NCBI GenBank assembly: GCA_051294375.1
Contig: CM119271.1
Coordinates: 9,882,291 to 9,946,290 of the forward strand
DNA: 64,000 bases
Direction of reading: 5' to 3'
Source: Paraspadella gotoi
Taxonomy: Eukaryota; Animalia; Chaetognatha
Below, in pieces: positions 1 to 15,229 of this stretch. The number at the start of each line of letters is the position of its first letter. Within the stretch, counting starts at the first letter, position 1. Under the pieces are notes generated by a model. That model was not told the DNA's origin. It searched no databases and was given only the letters and a program-made list of their open reading frames with translations. The position numbers were made by a program, and so were the translations under genes.

Positions 1-35
1 TCTCCCCCCCCCTCACCCTCCGCCCCTCTTATCAG

Positions 36-275
36 GCACTTGCGGAAATGGGTTCGTGGAGCCTGGCGAAGAATGCGACTGTGGATTTCCCGGATTCGGT
101 TGCGAATCCAACAAGTGTTGCAACGCCTCCACATGCAAATTGAACATCGGTGCGACTTGCGGGTGAGTCTTCCTTTTTAAAGTGCGGGTCAGTCTTCTTT
201 AATAAAGTGCGGGCGGGTTGGAGGAATTGGGGAGAGGAGAAATTCGCCTCGTATTTCGTGCCTCTTTTTTGGTCA

Positions 276-306
<31 letters not shown>

Positions 307-1228
307 AATCATAGCCAGTTTTCGACGCCAGTCATTTCATCTCTTTTTACATTTGGCATTTATTTGAGACCGGCTTTTCGGATGTTTTGTGAACCTTTTT
401 TGGATAAAGATCGCTCGTCCGATAAACCGTTGTTTTTTTACGAGTTTGACGAGTTTTTTTTTTTTTTTTGTTAACAATATTGCCACGCTCGGCTACGTTT
501 GTGTCACCGAAAAGATACGTTTACTTTTGGAAATTCGTACTCAACACTAAGCGGGATTCGTCAGTGAGACTCTCGTCAAAACCCTTTTTGGTCGGGCGAC
601 GCTTCGAACGCCTTGGACCCAAGGGTGGAGACTGAGAGTCTTCTGTAAGGGGTGAGGGTCGGGAAGGAAAGAAGGATCGATGCTTGAACCGAAGATTCGT
701 CTCTGTTCTCGCGTCGTCGTCGTCGTCGTCGTCGTCGTTATCGTCGTCGATGTCGGATTCGTTTCATTAGCTTTCATTGTTTGAATCGTCGTCCTTGTAG
801 TCGTCGTCGTCTTCCTCATCGAAATGGCGCTGACCCTGTCGTCTTCAACGTCGTTTTTGGCGCTGTCGTCATCGTTGACGTTAACGTTGGCGCTGCTTCG
901 TCATCATCGTTGGCATTGGCGTCGCTGGTATTGACGTCGCTGGTATTTGCGTCGCTGACATTGCGTCGTCTTCTCTCTTCTCGTCACTGTCGTCGTCGTT
1001 GTCATCGTCGTCGTTGTCGTCGTCGTCCTCGACTTCTCCTTCTTCCGCCGTCGAGATTCTTGACGTCGAAGATTGAAAGGCTCTGCCACCTAGGGAGCAA
1101 TTCTCCCTCCGTCACTGTCTCTCTTTTCTCTCTGTCTCTGTCTCTCTCCTTTTCTCTCTCTCTCGCTCTCTTTCTCTCTTTTGTCTTTCTCATTCCCTCT
1201 CTCTCTCTTTTTCTTTTTCTCCCTTCCG

Positions 1229-1311
<83 letters not shown>

Positions 1312-2238
1312 CTCTTTCTTTTTCTGGGATTGGGCTCTTCCGGTTGTTACAGGCGCGTGATTTAATTTACAAGTTCCGTCATCAGGTGCGCGATGGGGCG
1401 AGAGAGAAGAGAGAGAAGAGAAGAGAGAGAGAGAAGAGAGGAGAGAGAGAGAGAGAAGAGAGAGAGAAGAAAGAGGAAGAGAGAGAGAGAGATGAAAGAA
1501 TTCCCACCTTTAGTGTTTTTTCCCTTCTTCGATAAATGAGATCAAAATCTAAAATTCTTCGCGTCTCGATTTCAATTTTCACTGGAGACTGAAAATCGTC
1601 GTCTCCCCGTCGTTACGTTGTTTTGTCTCGGCTTCCGTTTGTTTTAGTTAAAATGTTTTAGGTATTGTATTGTTACGTATTATTTTTTTTTGTTTTAAAT
1701 TCATCTTTAACATGTCAAGTCAAAGGAATTTTTATTTATTTTCTAAATTAAGTTTATAACGACTTTGTCCTCGCCTTTTCCTGGGAATAACCTAATGAAA
1801 AGAAAACTAAGCTTTTAGATCTTGAAAATTTACTTTTCAAAAAGTTTTATACCAGGATCAAAAATTTTAAAACCAGAGAGCTCCTCATTTCAACGATATT
1901 ACAAATTCTGTTACTCCGATCTTAAGTCAGCGTCCGGAGGCGCAATCCGATAAATTCGCTTTACTAAATTCTGAAAAAACTCAACTTCTAGATGAAAATC
2001 TGCTGCATTTTCTCGATGTGAGTTTCGCCGCGTTGTTTCGTTACCAGAGCTTCTTGGTTTCTCAAAAAGGAATCACGTGACCCAAAAAGTCAAATGGCGC
2101 CGTTTTTTCTATCGCGCTCGATTTTTTCAATTCAGATCGGAAGCCACGTGCGAATAATCGGCGGATTTATTGAGCGACAAACGAATCTAATGACTCAACA
2201 AATTACAAATCTCTCTTTCTCTTTCTCTCTCTTCTCTT

Positions 2239-2324
<86 letters not shown>

Positions 2325-4898
2325 AAGGTCCGGAGAGTGTTGTGATCTGGAGACTTGCCAACTCAAAGAAGCAGCGACGGTTTGCAGAAGCAGCTCCGGC
2401 TCATGCGATCTTCCAGAATTTTGCAGCGGTAAGGGATACGAGTTAAGTTTTATTTAATTATACATTGTTAGAATAATATATAATATAAGGAACGACAAAG
2501 TCTCGTGTCAAGCTGAAGATTAAGATTTTTTTGTCTGTAGTATTGATAGCAACGAAGGAAGAATAATTAATAATTAATAAAAAGATTTAATAAAACATTT
2601 AAACAAACCTTTTTTTTTCGTTTTCGACTTCCAGGTCATTCTGAGTGGTGCCCTCGTGACGTGACGGTTCAGGATGGAACCGAGTGCGACAAAGGAGCAG
2701 CCTATTGCTACGCCGGTCGGTGCCGCTCGCACGAATCGCAGGTGGGGTTCGAAGCCTTGTCGTTCTTGTCGTCGTCGTTGTGGTTGCTGTTGTCGTTAAG
2801 GTTGTTTTTGTTCTTGTTTTGTTGTTGTCGTCGTTAATGTCGTTTTTTGTCAAGATAGATGGCGGCCATTTTGAATACGTTTTTGCGTCTTTACTTTCAT
2901 AGTTTTTTTTTACATTTTTTTTTTCAAAAAACGTCTAGATATTTTATGTTATTAAATTTTCCACTCCCCCCCAAACCGTCCTTCAGTGCAAAGTGTTGTG
3001 GGGTTCGAGCGGCCGCGTCTCCAACGAGTTCTGCTTCTCGTGGAACAAAGCTGGGACGCAGTTCGGAAATTGCGGTTACGATTGGCACCATGAGAGTTAC
3101 ATTAAATGTATCGAGGTCGACATGATGTGCGGTGAGTCGACGGGACGTTGCGGGGGGTTGGTTTGCGGTGTGGCTCTCTTTGTGGCGGGGGCTTTGTGGT
3201 GAGCCGTGTCGTTGAGGCTGTTATGAGAGCGAGTATTTTTGATCCAGAGTGTTGGGGGGTTTGACCTGTTGACGCGCTATGCGGTGTGTCTTCCGTTTGG
3301 ACCAGTGTGTAAACTGTAAAGTAATTGTTCGTGTAGTAGGCGATGATGAGAATACGTTTTCCGCGTAAACCTGTGGGGTATAAGCTTTGGGTGGCTGACG
3401 CTGTTTTTGAATCATAAGTTATTAAGTCGTCTGGTTTACGCGCTGCTCAAAAGAGGTGGGGCATTCCTGCGGTTGACGCGATAGCTACGCTTCGTAGTAC
3501 CGAGTGTTACACACATTGTAAATCGAGGAAACTTTTTTTTTTTAATTTTAATTCTAATTGGTTCCCTCTCGTATTCTCTCGCCCAATCAGGACTGCTTCA
3601 TTGCCAACACTCGAGTGAGAAGCTCGCCTTCGGTCAGGACAAACTCTCCCAACACGCGACGACCTTCTACAGGGATCCTTACTCCGGAGAACGTTACCCC
3701 TGCCGGTGAAGACCGACCGACCAATGATTGACCGACTGACTGTTTCGCGAGTCCTATCAGCGATAGATCCTTTCTCCAAAAAAAAAAGCGTGACCTTTGT
3801 TGTTACGTTTTTTGTGCCAAATAAATCGACGAATTTCATGAAGGGTAGATAATTTGATTAAGGAATCAACTGATTGTTAAAGCATTACAAAATGTTATCC
3901 CTCCCGACTAGGGGGTTATATAATGAGCTAAACTAGTTTTGTAAACTCTTGACGCTAATGTTTTAAAAATGATAAACGACCGTCTGAAAAAAAACAATTG
4001 ACCGAAGATCTAATCAAACCTCTAGTTATTAAACTCCTGACTAGAGATGGATATATATATATCGACACATACTGACACATAAAGACCATAATAACAAACC
4101 AACTAATCTATCCCTTCCCCACAAAAAAAAAATACTACAGAGCCGTTCACATGGATTTCGGGCTGGACACCCACGATCCGGGTCTCGCCCCCAACGGGGC
4201 CAAGTGCGGAATCCATAGAGAGGGAATTTGCGTCAATCAAAAATGCGTCGCTTTGTCTGAACTTAATATAGGTGAGTCAATAATATAATACAGTAATATA
4301 ATAGTAATAATATAGTAATATAGGTAGATTTACAAGTGTTATTTAGATGTAGTTAATTTTTAAAACGTTTTTTCTCGTGAATCTTACCGTGTGTCTTTCA
4401 TTCCCGGCTTTGTAAAAAATAGTTAAAAATTGTTTTTATTGTCAAATAAAAAAATAACTAGTAAGACTAGTCAATTGACCATAACTTAGCATTCCTTAGC
4501 ATTATTTTAGTTCTCGTCGTTGTCGACTTCGTTTTTTTCGGCCCCCTTTTTACCACTCGTGCCAAATTTTCCTCACCCGCTTTACCTCACCTTCCCCCCC
4601 TTAACTCAGTGCCTTGTCCAAACAAATGCAACGGTAACGGCGTCTGCAATTCCAACGGCAACTGTCATTGCAACGTCGGTTACGCCCCTCCCTTCTGCGA
4701 CGCCCCGGGCCTCGGGGGCAGCCTCGACTCCGGGCCGGCCAGTCGGGAGCCCGACCACTACTTCCTCTTGGTCAGCCTCCTAATTCTCTTCCTCGGTGAG
4801 GATTTGGTGGTTTTGGTGGGGCGGTAGGGTGGGTGGGGAGAAAAGGAAGTAAAGAAATTAAGAAGATTAGTTAGAAAAAAAAAGTAGGATAGAAAAAG

Positions 4899-4993
<95 letters not shown>

Positions 4994-6281
4994 AAAGGAA
5001 AAAAAAGAACAAAGATAGAAAAAATGTAAAAATAAAAGAAAGTTGACCAAAAAAAAGAAAGAAAAAACAAACAAAAACATTAAAAAAACCCCACTTATTA
5101 TATTATATTATTACTAACTAAACAGTGAAATGGAACCAACATAACCAGTCAACCCTTCCCCCCCTCCATTTTTCACTATTCACCCCCAAGGCATCGTGCC
5201 CATCTTCTGCTTCGCCCTCGTGATTTCGGTGAAATATCGACGCGACTGTCGGGAATGTTGGGCGCATCACAAGAAGTACTCGAGCGGGAAGGCTTTCTCC
5301 CCGGCCTTCACGGGCCGCTCCATCCCGCCCCCTCCTCCGCGCCCTTACGTCACCCAACACAACAAGATCGGGCACGGCGGGGGCGGGGGCGGACCCGGCG
5401 TCGGAGGGGGCATTCCAGGTGAGAGAGGAAGGGGTTGGCGTTTTTGGGTTGTGATTAGAACAATGTGATATTATGAGATAGTAATAATAGTAATAATAGT
5501 TATATTAGTGCTGCTAAAATAGAACTTAACTGGAAGATATCCCATGTAGATTTTTGGTAAAATATCTATCAAAGGTCGTAAAAATCAAAAAAAGGTTTTG
5601 TGATTTGTCATGTATTGATAAAACGTTACAAGCCATTTTTTATTATAGTTTTACTATTATTTAAAATGTTTGACTTATTTCAAAAATTGTTATTAATGTC
5701 AAATTGTAAAGTGTTTAATTTAATTCGAATACAACGAGGTTGATTCAGTACAATCATCATCAACAAACAAACAAACATAGACTAAGTCTGAGCAAACGAA
5801 AAACATTATAAAATAGAGAGAAAAACAGTTAATTAATGAAAATTAATTAATGAAAATTTAAACATTTAAAAATTGTTTTATGTTGTAAAAAACGGAACAA
5901 GTTTCTGAAGAACAGTATTTTTTATTGTATAGATCTTTGAGATAAAGGTTTTCTTAAGATTATTAAAAAAATTTTTGATTATACATTTTACTCTATATTT
6001 CTAGGTTTTTTTCTGATAATTCCTCGTAAATGGTTTATTTTAAACGTTTATCAAAGCTTTCCAATTTTGATTGTCTTCTGAAAATGATTAAATTAAGATT
6101 TTCAACAATTAGTCACAGTAAAAACCTCATAGTCCCTCAAATGCAAAAGTGGACACTCTCTCACTTTTTTCTTTCCCTCCGCGATGTACTTTTTTTTCTC
6201 TCTTCTCCCATCGGAATTCGGTGATAAACGAAGGCGCCTCTACCGGCCGCCGACAGAAAAACTAATTGGACATGAACGCGA

Positions 6282-6367
<86 letters not shown>

Positions 6368-8229
6368 GGAGGAGATTTTTTAATATTTTTTACTAAAATG
6401 GAGAAGGAATTGATTGATTGATTGGTCAGTTGAGTGCTAAACATCCCCGGGCGTCCGACCAAAGTGGCTCCATCGTGAGACGGTGATTGATTGTGACAAA
6501 TCGATTTCTCTGGCGTCCGAGAGGAGGAATCCGGAGGAGATGAGGATTTAAGGGGAGGGCGAGTTAAAAGATAATGGATTTTTTATCTGGAATTTTATAT
6601 AAATATAAAAATTGTCAATATAATTTCTTTTGAAACTTTTATTTGTTTTCCTAACCTCTATTGGATTATTAGTTTTTTTTTATAATGTGTTCGCAGATAA
6701 TATAAAAAAATTGTATTGCTAAACGTTTCAATAACTTAAAAAAATTAATTACAGTCATTTTTTATGGCATTTCATTGTAAATTGTTTCGTCCCAAGAGTC
6801 ATTGAATACGATGAAGAAAAACGATTTAAATGGACAAGATAACGAGAATTCAGCAATAAAAACGAAATCGAAAGCCAGTATTAATATTTTTTTTCTCAGT
6901 GATTTAAATCCAGGACTGACGGTTTTAGAATAACGTTCATATTGAGCAAATAAACTTTTAAGTAAAATTTAAAAGTGACTTTGCAATTAAAATAAAATGA
7001 TTTTGATCGCAAATCAATCTTGAAACCGCTCCACCTTAAAGTTATCGGCAAACTAGTCCTTGCAGTTACTTACTTTTTTGACTTCCATGAATCAGTTTGA
7101 GGTCGATCTCGCTCCTCACCATTTCTTCCACGATGAATCTCATTTTAAGTGTGACCACCTGATCAACCACTCTCTTTCCCTACCCAACCCCCACTCTCCA
7201 GCGATGGATCTCTTCGGGAATCCACCGCTAAAAAGCCCCGGGGACCCGCGGGTCCTCGCGCCCAACGGGGACCTCCTCCATTTCGGGTCCGGGGGAAAAC
7301 CCGGCTTCAATTCCTTGGGAAGACAAGCGGGTGAGTTTGGGTGAGGGATGGGTGGGTTTAGGGTAAGTTAGGCGTGGGTGAATTGAGATCGGGTGAGGCA
7401 GAGAGGGAGAGCTATTAATGGGTGAGTTTATTATGGAATATGGAGGGACGAAGGAACATAAAACTTTAAAATACGGAGTTGGGGAAAAATTTCAACAATT
7501 CTTAATCACCGTTTTCTTATTCTATCCCCCTTATTCTATCCCCCTTTTTCTATCCCCCTTATTCTATCCCAAATAAGGAACCCTACCCAAGAAGCGCGGC
7601 CTCGGCGGGCGATCCCCGAGCAGCCTGAGCCGCGACGGCCAGCTCGGCCTCTCCCCCGGCATCGGCATCAGCGCCCTCAACGCCTCTCCGGGACACGGGG
7701 GCACGACCGAGCCTCTCCTCAGCGGATCCTCACAGAGTTCCGTCGTAGCAGGTTGGATAGAGGATTGGATAGAGAGGATTGGATAGAGGGGAGGGTGGGG
7801 GAGGAGGATGTGATTGCGAGGAGAGGAAATAGATTGGAGAGTTAATGTCATTGTGATTACTCGATACGGCGTGTTGTGATTGTAGAGAGAGTGAAAAGAT
7901 AGTGAATTGAGTGTGAAGTGTGAGTTGTCAATGTGATGTGAGTCGGCTATGGAGATTGTGAGAAAGAAACTTTAGTGATGAAAGTGTGAATGAGATTGAT
8001 TCAATAAAAAAAAATACTAAGAGGAACAATCGTGAAGTTGAAGAGTGACGTGATAGAGTTGCGATCTTTCTTTAATGTAATTTTTTTTTTTTAGCAAATG
8101 ATTATTAATTAAAAAGAGATTTTGATAGAAAAAGTTTGGGAATTAAAAAACAACTTGAAAAATACCCGAGTCAAACCGATGACTCCCCTCGATTTCACTT
8201 TCACTCCATCTCCTTTTCTCTCTCTCTAT

Positions 8230-8279
<50 letters not shown>

Positions 8280-10303
8280 CTCTTCTCTCTCTCTCTCTCT
8301 CCTCTCTCTCTCTGTCTCCCTCCCTCCCCCTCCCCCAACCTCCGCCAGGTGCAATGGCGCAAATGCCAGGTGGCGCCTCGAGCGGCAACGCATCTACTAA
8401 CGCGCGGAAATCCTCCAGATGCGAATCGTCGCGAGTTGGGACTCTGGGGAAGAGGAGCAAGTCGGTCAGTCACAATCCCCCCGTCGTCTCCTTCAGCAAC
8501 GGGAGCAGCAGCACCGGTGAGGAGTTGTTGTTGTCGTTGTTGTTGTTGTTGCGGGTAAGGGTTTGAGGAAATTGCGGCTGCGACTTCGACACTTTACAAA
8601 GTTGATGGGTTGGAAAAAAAAAGCGAGTGGGGGGGGGAATGCGTGTGTTTCAATATCGATAGGTAAGGTAAGGTAATTTCTCATGAAATTATAAAGTGAC
8701 TAAGTAGCAAATTAATGCCGACGGTTCATAAATTGTTGCACCCGTTTTATTGATTGATTGATTGATTGATTGTTTGATTCCTTCCGGCCTTCAAATTAGT
8801 CCATTAATCTTGTTCGATATATTGATAGATTGAATAATCGACTTCTTAAATGATTGATTGATTGATTGATTTATTGATCGATTGATTAGTTTATTTATTA
8901 ATTGATTTGATCCGATTTTCGTGGCAACTGCAAAAACCAAAACTTCTTCCGCTCATAAATCGAAGTTAACCCGTTCGCATCGACTTAATTCAAATGAAGT
9001 CGACCTAAATTAAACCCTTCGTTTCTCAAACCAGACTTGTCTATAAAGAGTAAGGTGCGCCAAAATTGAAACACTTTTTTATAACTTCTAGTTCTCTCCA
9101 AAAAAAATTCTTTTTCCCCTTATTACTAAATCGATTTTCAAAGCAACTTTTTGAAATTAGTTCATTGGGTTGTTGCACTGATGCTTTTAAATATTTATTA
9201 ATATATAACAAATGAAAAGAAATTTTTTAATTTTAATTTTTAAGAACGGATTCTTATAGAGCTTGAAAAGTTAAATAAAAGTTAGTAATACAATTCTTTT
9301 TAAAATTTTGACAATAAATTGGTTAAAAATGGAAAAAACCTTAAAAAATATCATCATCATCATATCACATCATTTCATCAAAATTGAAAAAAATTAAAAA
9401 AGAATTTTAAACTTTATATAGTAATATAATAATCTTTAAATGCCTCCGTGCGCTTATCAATAAGACAAATTTAAAAAATTATATTCTCTAACAGTCAACC
9501 ATTATCTAGATTTGAGAGAACTTCTAGTTTTCAACCTGTTCCGGCCTACTAAAAGTAATTTATACGTCCTCCCTCGACCCAATCTTTTTATCTTTGTTTT
9601 TGACGCGCGACGCGTTGGACTCTTCGACGCGCGACTTGCGTGACGCGTTACGCTTGTGACGCGGCGGGAATTAAGTGACGTCGCTCGACGATGGACGATC
9701 TAACTCGGGGGGGGGGGAAAGTCGGCGGGAAGGAAGAGAGAGTGGAGGGGGGTGGGGGATAGAGGCGAAGGTAATGGGAGGTTCGGAGTTGTTGAGTGTC
9801 GGCGAAGGAACGAGTGATGTTGTAAAAGTGGAAAAGAGGTGAGTATCGGCAAAGGGAAAGGAAGAACTGTGTCGGTATGAGGGAAGGTAGTTCATCGACA
9901 TATGAATGTTGGCGAGGAAAGAGAAGCGTGGTTGTCAGAAAAAAAGGAGGACAAGTATTCTAACTGGGGGAGCGACTCTGTCTCATTTGAAATTAACTGC
10001 GAGTTACTCTGTTACAGTATTTGAAAAAAAAATTTGAGGAATTTTGGCGATAAGAAAACTTTGAGTGTCGGAAGGTGTCAGTAGAGCAGAGCTTAGTATC
10101 GGAAGGGCGAATTGGTAAGTCAAAAGGAAAGATTGAGTGTCATCTAGAAACAAGTAAGTGTCAGTCTAGGTGTGTATTAGTTGCAAACAAGTGTCTGCAG
10201 GAGTCGGAAGAGAATCGGCCAAGTAACAGACTGAGCGTCACAGGTACAGGTGTATATGAGTGAGTGTCGGCGGATGAGCGTCGACAAGAAAAAGTAGAAA
10301 CGC

Positions 10304-10380
<77 letters not shown>

Positions 10381-10465
10381 TCTCTCCACTCTTCAAGCGA
10401 CGGAAAAATACGCATCGGTATAAATACCTTTTTCTCTGAAACGCGAGGCTGAGCAATGAATGGAA

Positions 10466-10539
<74 letters not shown>

Positions 10540-11461
10540 AGAGAGAAGAGCGAGAAGAGAGTTCCGTCGAGAAGAGCGGCATGATGAATAGGAAATAAAG
10601 AGATAAGCGAGGTGCTTTGGTGAAGGTTTATGAATCTCTCGCACAAAAGCGTCGCACCATGAAGACAAACATAAATAAACAAAAGTAACGAGGCGGGAGA
10701 ACGACGACGACGAACACGGCAATGATGACGACGACGACGATGAGGGCGACGACGACAACGACCACGATGAAGACGATAACGATGACGACGGCAGATGAAG
10801 TCGACGACGATGACGAAAACGACAATGACGACGACGATGATGAAGACGATAACTATGACGACGGCAGACGACGTCGACGATGACAAAAACGACAATGACG
10901 ACGATGAAGACGGTGACGATGAAGATGAACCTCAACGACCAGTGACGATGACGATCACGATGACGATGACGATGAAGATGACGATCATGTGGACAACGAT
11001 GACTAACGACTACGAACGATGATGAAAATTTTGTGCGATGAAAATGTGGACGATAATTGACGACAATGTTAACGACGAATAACGACGACGAACAATGACG
11101 AACAACAACAGCGATGATTTTCTTATATATTTTTTTTATTATCAAAGTCACCCTCTTTCTTTTTTAAAGAAGAAAATAATAAAATCCGACTCGTCGTTTT
11201 TCTTTTTTAATCTTGATGCGCTTTTGTTTTTTTGTTTTTTTTTGCCACAGGCGTCGCCGGCGGCGTCTCTTCATCGTCGTGTTCGAGTCACGGAGGAAAC
11301 GGTGAGTTTTTTTTTTCTTTTTGATCTCGTGAACCTTAATGTGAGAGTGAATTGGTTGATTGATTAATTTATTAATTTATTTCTTTATTCGATTAATTAC
11401 ATAGATTAACTGACTGCTTGTTCTAGTAATGGTATACCACCTTTTTTTACTGACTAAAGTA

Positions 11462-11512
<51 letters not shown>

Positions 11513-13625
11513 AATTAAAAGATATCCCTACACCCATCCACAGGTGGAGGCATGCTGCCCGGGNNNNNNNNNNNNNNNNNNNNNNNNNNNNNNNNNNNNN
11601 NNNNNNNNNNNNNNNNNNNNNNNNNNNNNNNNNNNNNNNNNNNNNNNNNNNNNNNNNNNNNNNNNNNNNNNNNNNNNNNNNNNNNNNNNNNNNNNNNNNN
11701 NNNNNNNNNNNNNNNNNNNNNNNNNNNNNNNNNNNNNNNNNNNNNNNNNNNNNNNNNNNNNNNNNNNNNNNNNNNNNNNNNNNNNNNNNNNNNNNNNNNN
11801 NNNNNNNNNNNNNNNNNNNNNNNNNNNNNNNNNNNNNNNNNNNNNNNNNNNNNNNNNNNNNNNNNNNNNNNNNNNNNNNNNNNNNNNNNNNNNNNNNNNN
11901 NNNNNNNNNNNNNNNNNNNNNNNNNNNNNNNNNNNNNNNNNNNNNNNNNNNNNNNNNNNNNNNNNNNNNNNNNNNNNNNNNNNNNNNNNNNNNNNNNNNN
12001 NNNNNNNNNNNNNNNNNNNNNNNNNNNNNNNNTATCTTTAACTAAGAAACTTTTCGTTTGCCTCATCCTTCACTACAATTGGGAACAATGTTTTTAGTTG
12101 TGCCGCGAGTACGCGCNNNNNNNNNNNNNNNNNNNNNNNNNNNNNNNNNNNNNNNNNNNNNNNNNNNNNNNNNNNNNNNNNNNNNNNNNNNNNNNNNNNN
12201 NNNNNNNNNNNNNNNNNNNNNNNNNNNNNNNNNNNNNNNNNNNNNNNNNNNNNNNNNNNNNNNNNNNNNNNNNNNNNNNNNNNNNNNNNNNNNNNNNNNN
12301 NNNNNNNNNNNNNNNNNNNNNNNNNNNNNNNNNNNNNNNNNNNNNNNNNNNNNNNNNNNNNNNNNNNNNNNNNNNNNNNNNAAAAACCTCAAATCTAAGG
12401 GACTGCTAACGCAGACTTCAGAAAGTCCTAAAACTATAAGGAATAAAAAACGGAATTTCGATGCAGTGCATGTCATAAATACACGGGCAAAGAAAGTTTT
12501 TTGAGTCATGTCACGTCATGCCATGTCATATCATGTGATTAAAGGGAAATACATGTGAAAATAAAGTCACTGCGACGCAACACATTAAAATTACCGTTCT
12601 TGTTTTATTGTTTCAAATCGGACAAAAANNNNNNNNNNNNNNNNNNNNNNNNNNNNNNNNNNNNNNNNNNNNNNNNNNNNNNNNNNNNNNNNNNNNNNNN
12701 NNNNNNNNNNNNNNNNNNNNNNNNNNNNNNNNNNNNNNNNNNNNNNNNNNNNNNNNNNNNNNNNNNNNNNNNNNNNNNNNNNNNNNNNNNNNNNNNNNNN
12801 NNNNNNNNNNNNNNNNNNNNNNNNNNNNNNNNNNNNNNNNNNNNNNNNNNNNNNNNNNNNNNNNNNNNNNNNNNNNNNNNNNNNNNNNNNNNNNNNNNNN
12901 NNNNNNNNNNNCCGTCGGCCAGCCTTAGCGCGATGAGCAAGGCCCCGCAGGTTCTGGGGGGGCTTTTTCGATTCTGGGGCAATTGTTTAGTCGCATTGTT
13001 TTGATAGTTAAATATTAAGTTAAATATTATGGTAAAAGGTTGAAATTCACGCATTTTGGGAAAATTTATACAACGCTTAAGTATAAATCAATTCAATCAA
13101 CGAGCTATTTTTGTCTTTCTTACTTCGGACAAGCTAAGGACCTTGTACCGCTTTTCATAAAGACAGTTTTATTTACCACTAGATTACTTTTTATGTCCTT
13201 AAACTAAATTATTTAATTAAAAGCGCTACTTTATTCAGCGATCAAACTTATCAAACTTAAGAAATATGTCAATTCTATCGTTTTTTCCACTTTAGGTATG
13301 TACTATGCAGTGCATACTATGCACCATCAGAGTGTAAATGTAATATACTAATTAATAAGTATGGGGGGACATTCTAAAATATTCCTTTCCACTTCAGGGA
13401 GGAGGTCTTCCCCCCGCGCCCTACCCCAGCGGTCCAGCTCCTCCACCCCCGACCCAAGGATTCGGTCTTCCCTTCAACCAACTCATCAACAGTTCTACTA
13501 ACAACAACCCTCTCTTCAATCAAAACCGGTGAGAGAAATNNNNNNNNNNNNNNNNNNNNNNNNNAATACGCATCGGTATAATTACTTTTTTCTCTGAAAC
13601 GCGAGGCTGAGCATGATGGAAAGAG

Positions 13626-13659
<34 letters not shown>

Positions 13660-13661
13660 AG

Positions 13662-13700
<39 letters not shown>

Positions 13701-15179
13701 GAGAGAGAGAGGTTAGTCGAGAAGAGCGGCATGATGAATAGGAAATAAAGAGATAAGCGAGGTGCTTTGTGAAGGTTATGAATCTCTCGCACAAAAGCGT
13801 CGGCACCATGAAGACAAACATAAATAAACAAAAGTAACGAGCGGGAGAACGACGACGACGAACACGGCAATGATGACGACGGACGACGATGAGGGCGACG
13901 ACGACAACGACCACGATGAAAAGAGAATTAATGATGACTTGACGGCAGATGAAGTCGACGACGAATGACGAAAACGAACGACATTACGACCGACCGATAG
14001 ATGACTAGACCGATACCACTATTGCACGACGGCAGACGACGTATCGACGCATGACAAAAAAACGACAATGACGACGATGAAGACGTGACGATGATGATGA
14101 ACCTCAACGACCACGTGACCGATGACGATCACGCATGACGGATGACATGAAGATGGAACGTCATCCATGTGCGACACCACGATGACTAACGACTCACGCA
14201 ACCCGATGATAATAAATTATGTGGCGCATGAATAATGTGGACGAATAATTGACGAACACAATGCTTACGCACGACGAATAAAACGACGATCGCACAAGGA
14301 CGAAAACAACAAACAAGCGCATGATTTTCTTATATATTCTTTTTTTATTACTCAAAGTACCCTCTTCTTTTTTAAAGAAGAAATATAAAATCCGACTCGC
14401 TCGTTTTATTTTATTTTAATCCTTGCAGCGCTTTGTTTTTTTGTTTTTTCTTGCCACAGACGCACGTCGCCGCGCAGTGGTCTCTTTCATCGTCCGTGAT
14501 TCGATCACGCGAGAAACGGATGAGTTTCTTTTATCTTTTTGATTCTAACAGTGAACCTTAATGTGAGAGTGAATTGGCTTGATTGATCTAATTACATATA
14601 ATTTATTTCGTTTATTCGATTTAATTACATAGATTAACTGAACTGCTATGTTCTAGTAATGGTATACCACCTTTTTTACTGGATAAAGTAAATTGAGTTG
14701 ATTGAATTGATTGATGGATTGATTGATTGATTGAAGCTTGAGTCTGATTGATATTAAAAGATATCCCTACACCCACCCACAGGTTGGAGGCATGCTGCCT
14801 GGGCCTTCGGTCGGCCACTCCATCTCCCAGTCTCACCTCGAATCATCTCACTACCCACTGGAGGACCTCTGAGTCCCCTCGCATCAGACCTCACCGCCGT
14901 CCAGGTAAGTTCGCTTTTTTGGGGGGGCATCGGAAAGGTCGCGGTTCGATCCCTACGCCTGACTCTTTTCTAGGCCTTATGTAGTTAGGATACCTTTTAT
15001 ATATATGGTTTAGAAAAATTATTAAATTTCTTTTAATTTTTTTATTCTCTAGAATGCTTTGGTTTCTAAAATTAAACGTAAACCGCTTTATATATTTTTT
15101 TTTTCGGTATTAATTTTCGCCCGTTGTCGTTCATATGGGGTTTTCGCTCTTTGAGCAATGAGTTTATTTATTTTTCGTT

Positions 15180-15229
<50 letters not shown>

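Noticed and set aside
547-2345. ORF-track proteins rich in SLSLSL/RERERE/TTTT (also ~6184, 8122, 10161-11151, 33942, 38930, 41278-42392, 50705, 58277)
   Set aside because: They are stop-free frames produced by (GA)n and (GAC)n microsatellites.
11515-13054. ORFs with long X runs
   Set aside because: They span assembly N-gaps.
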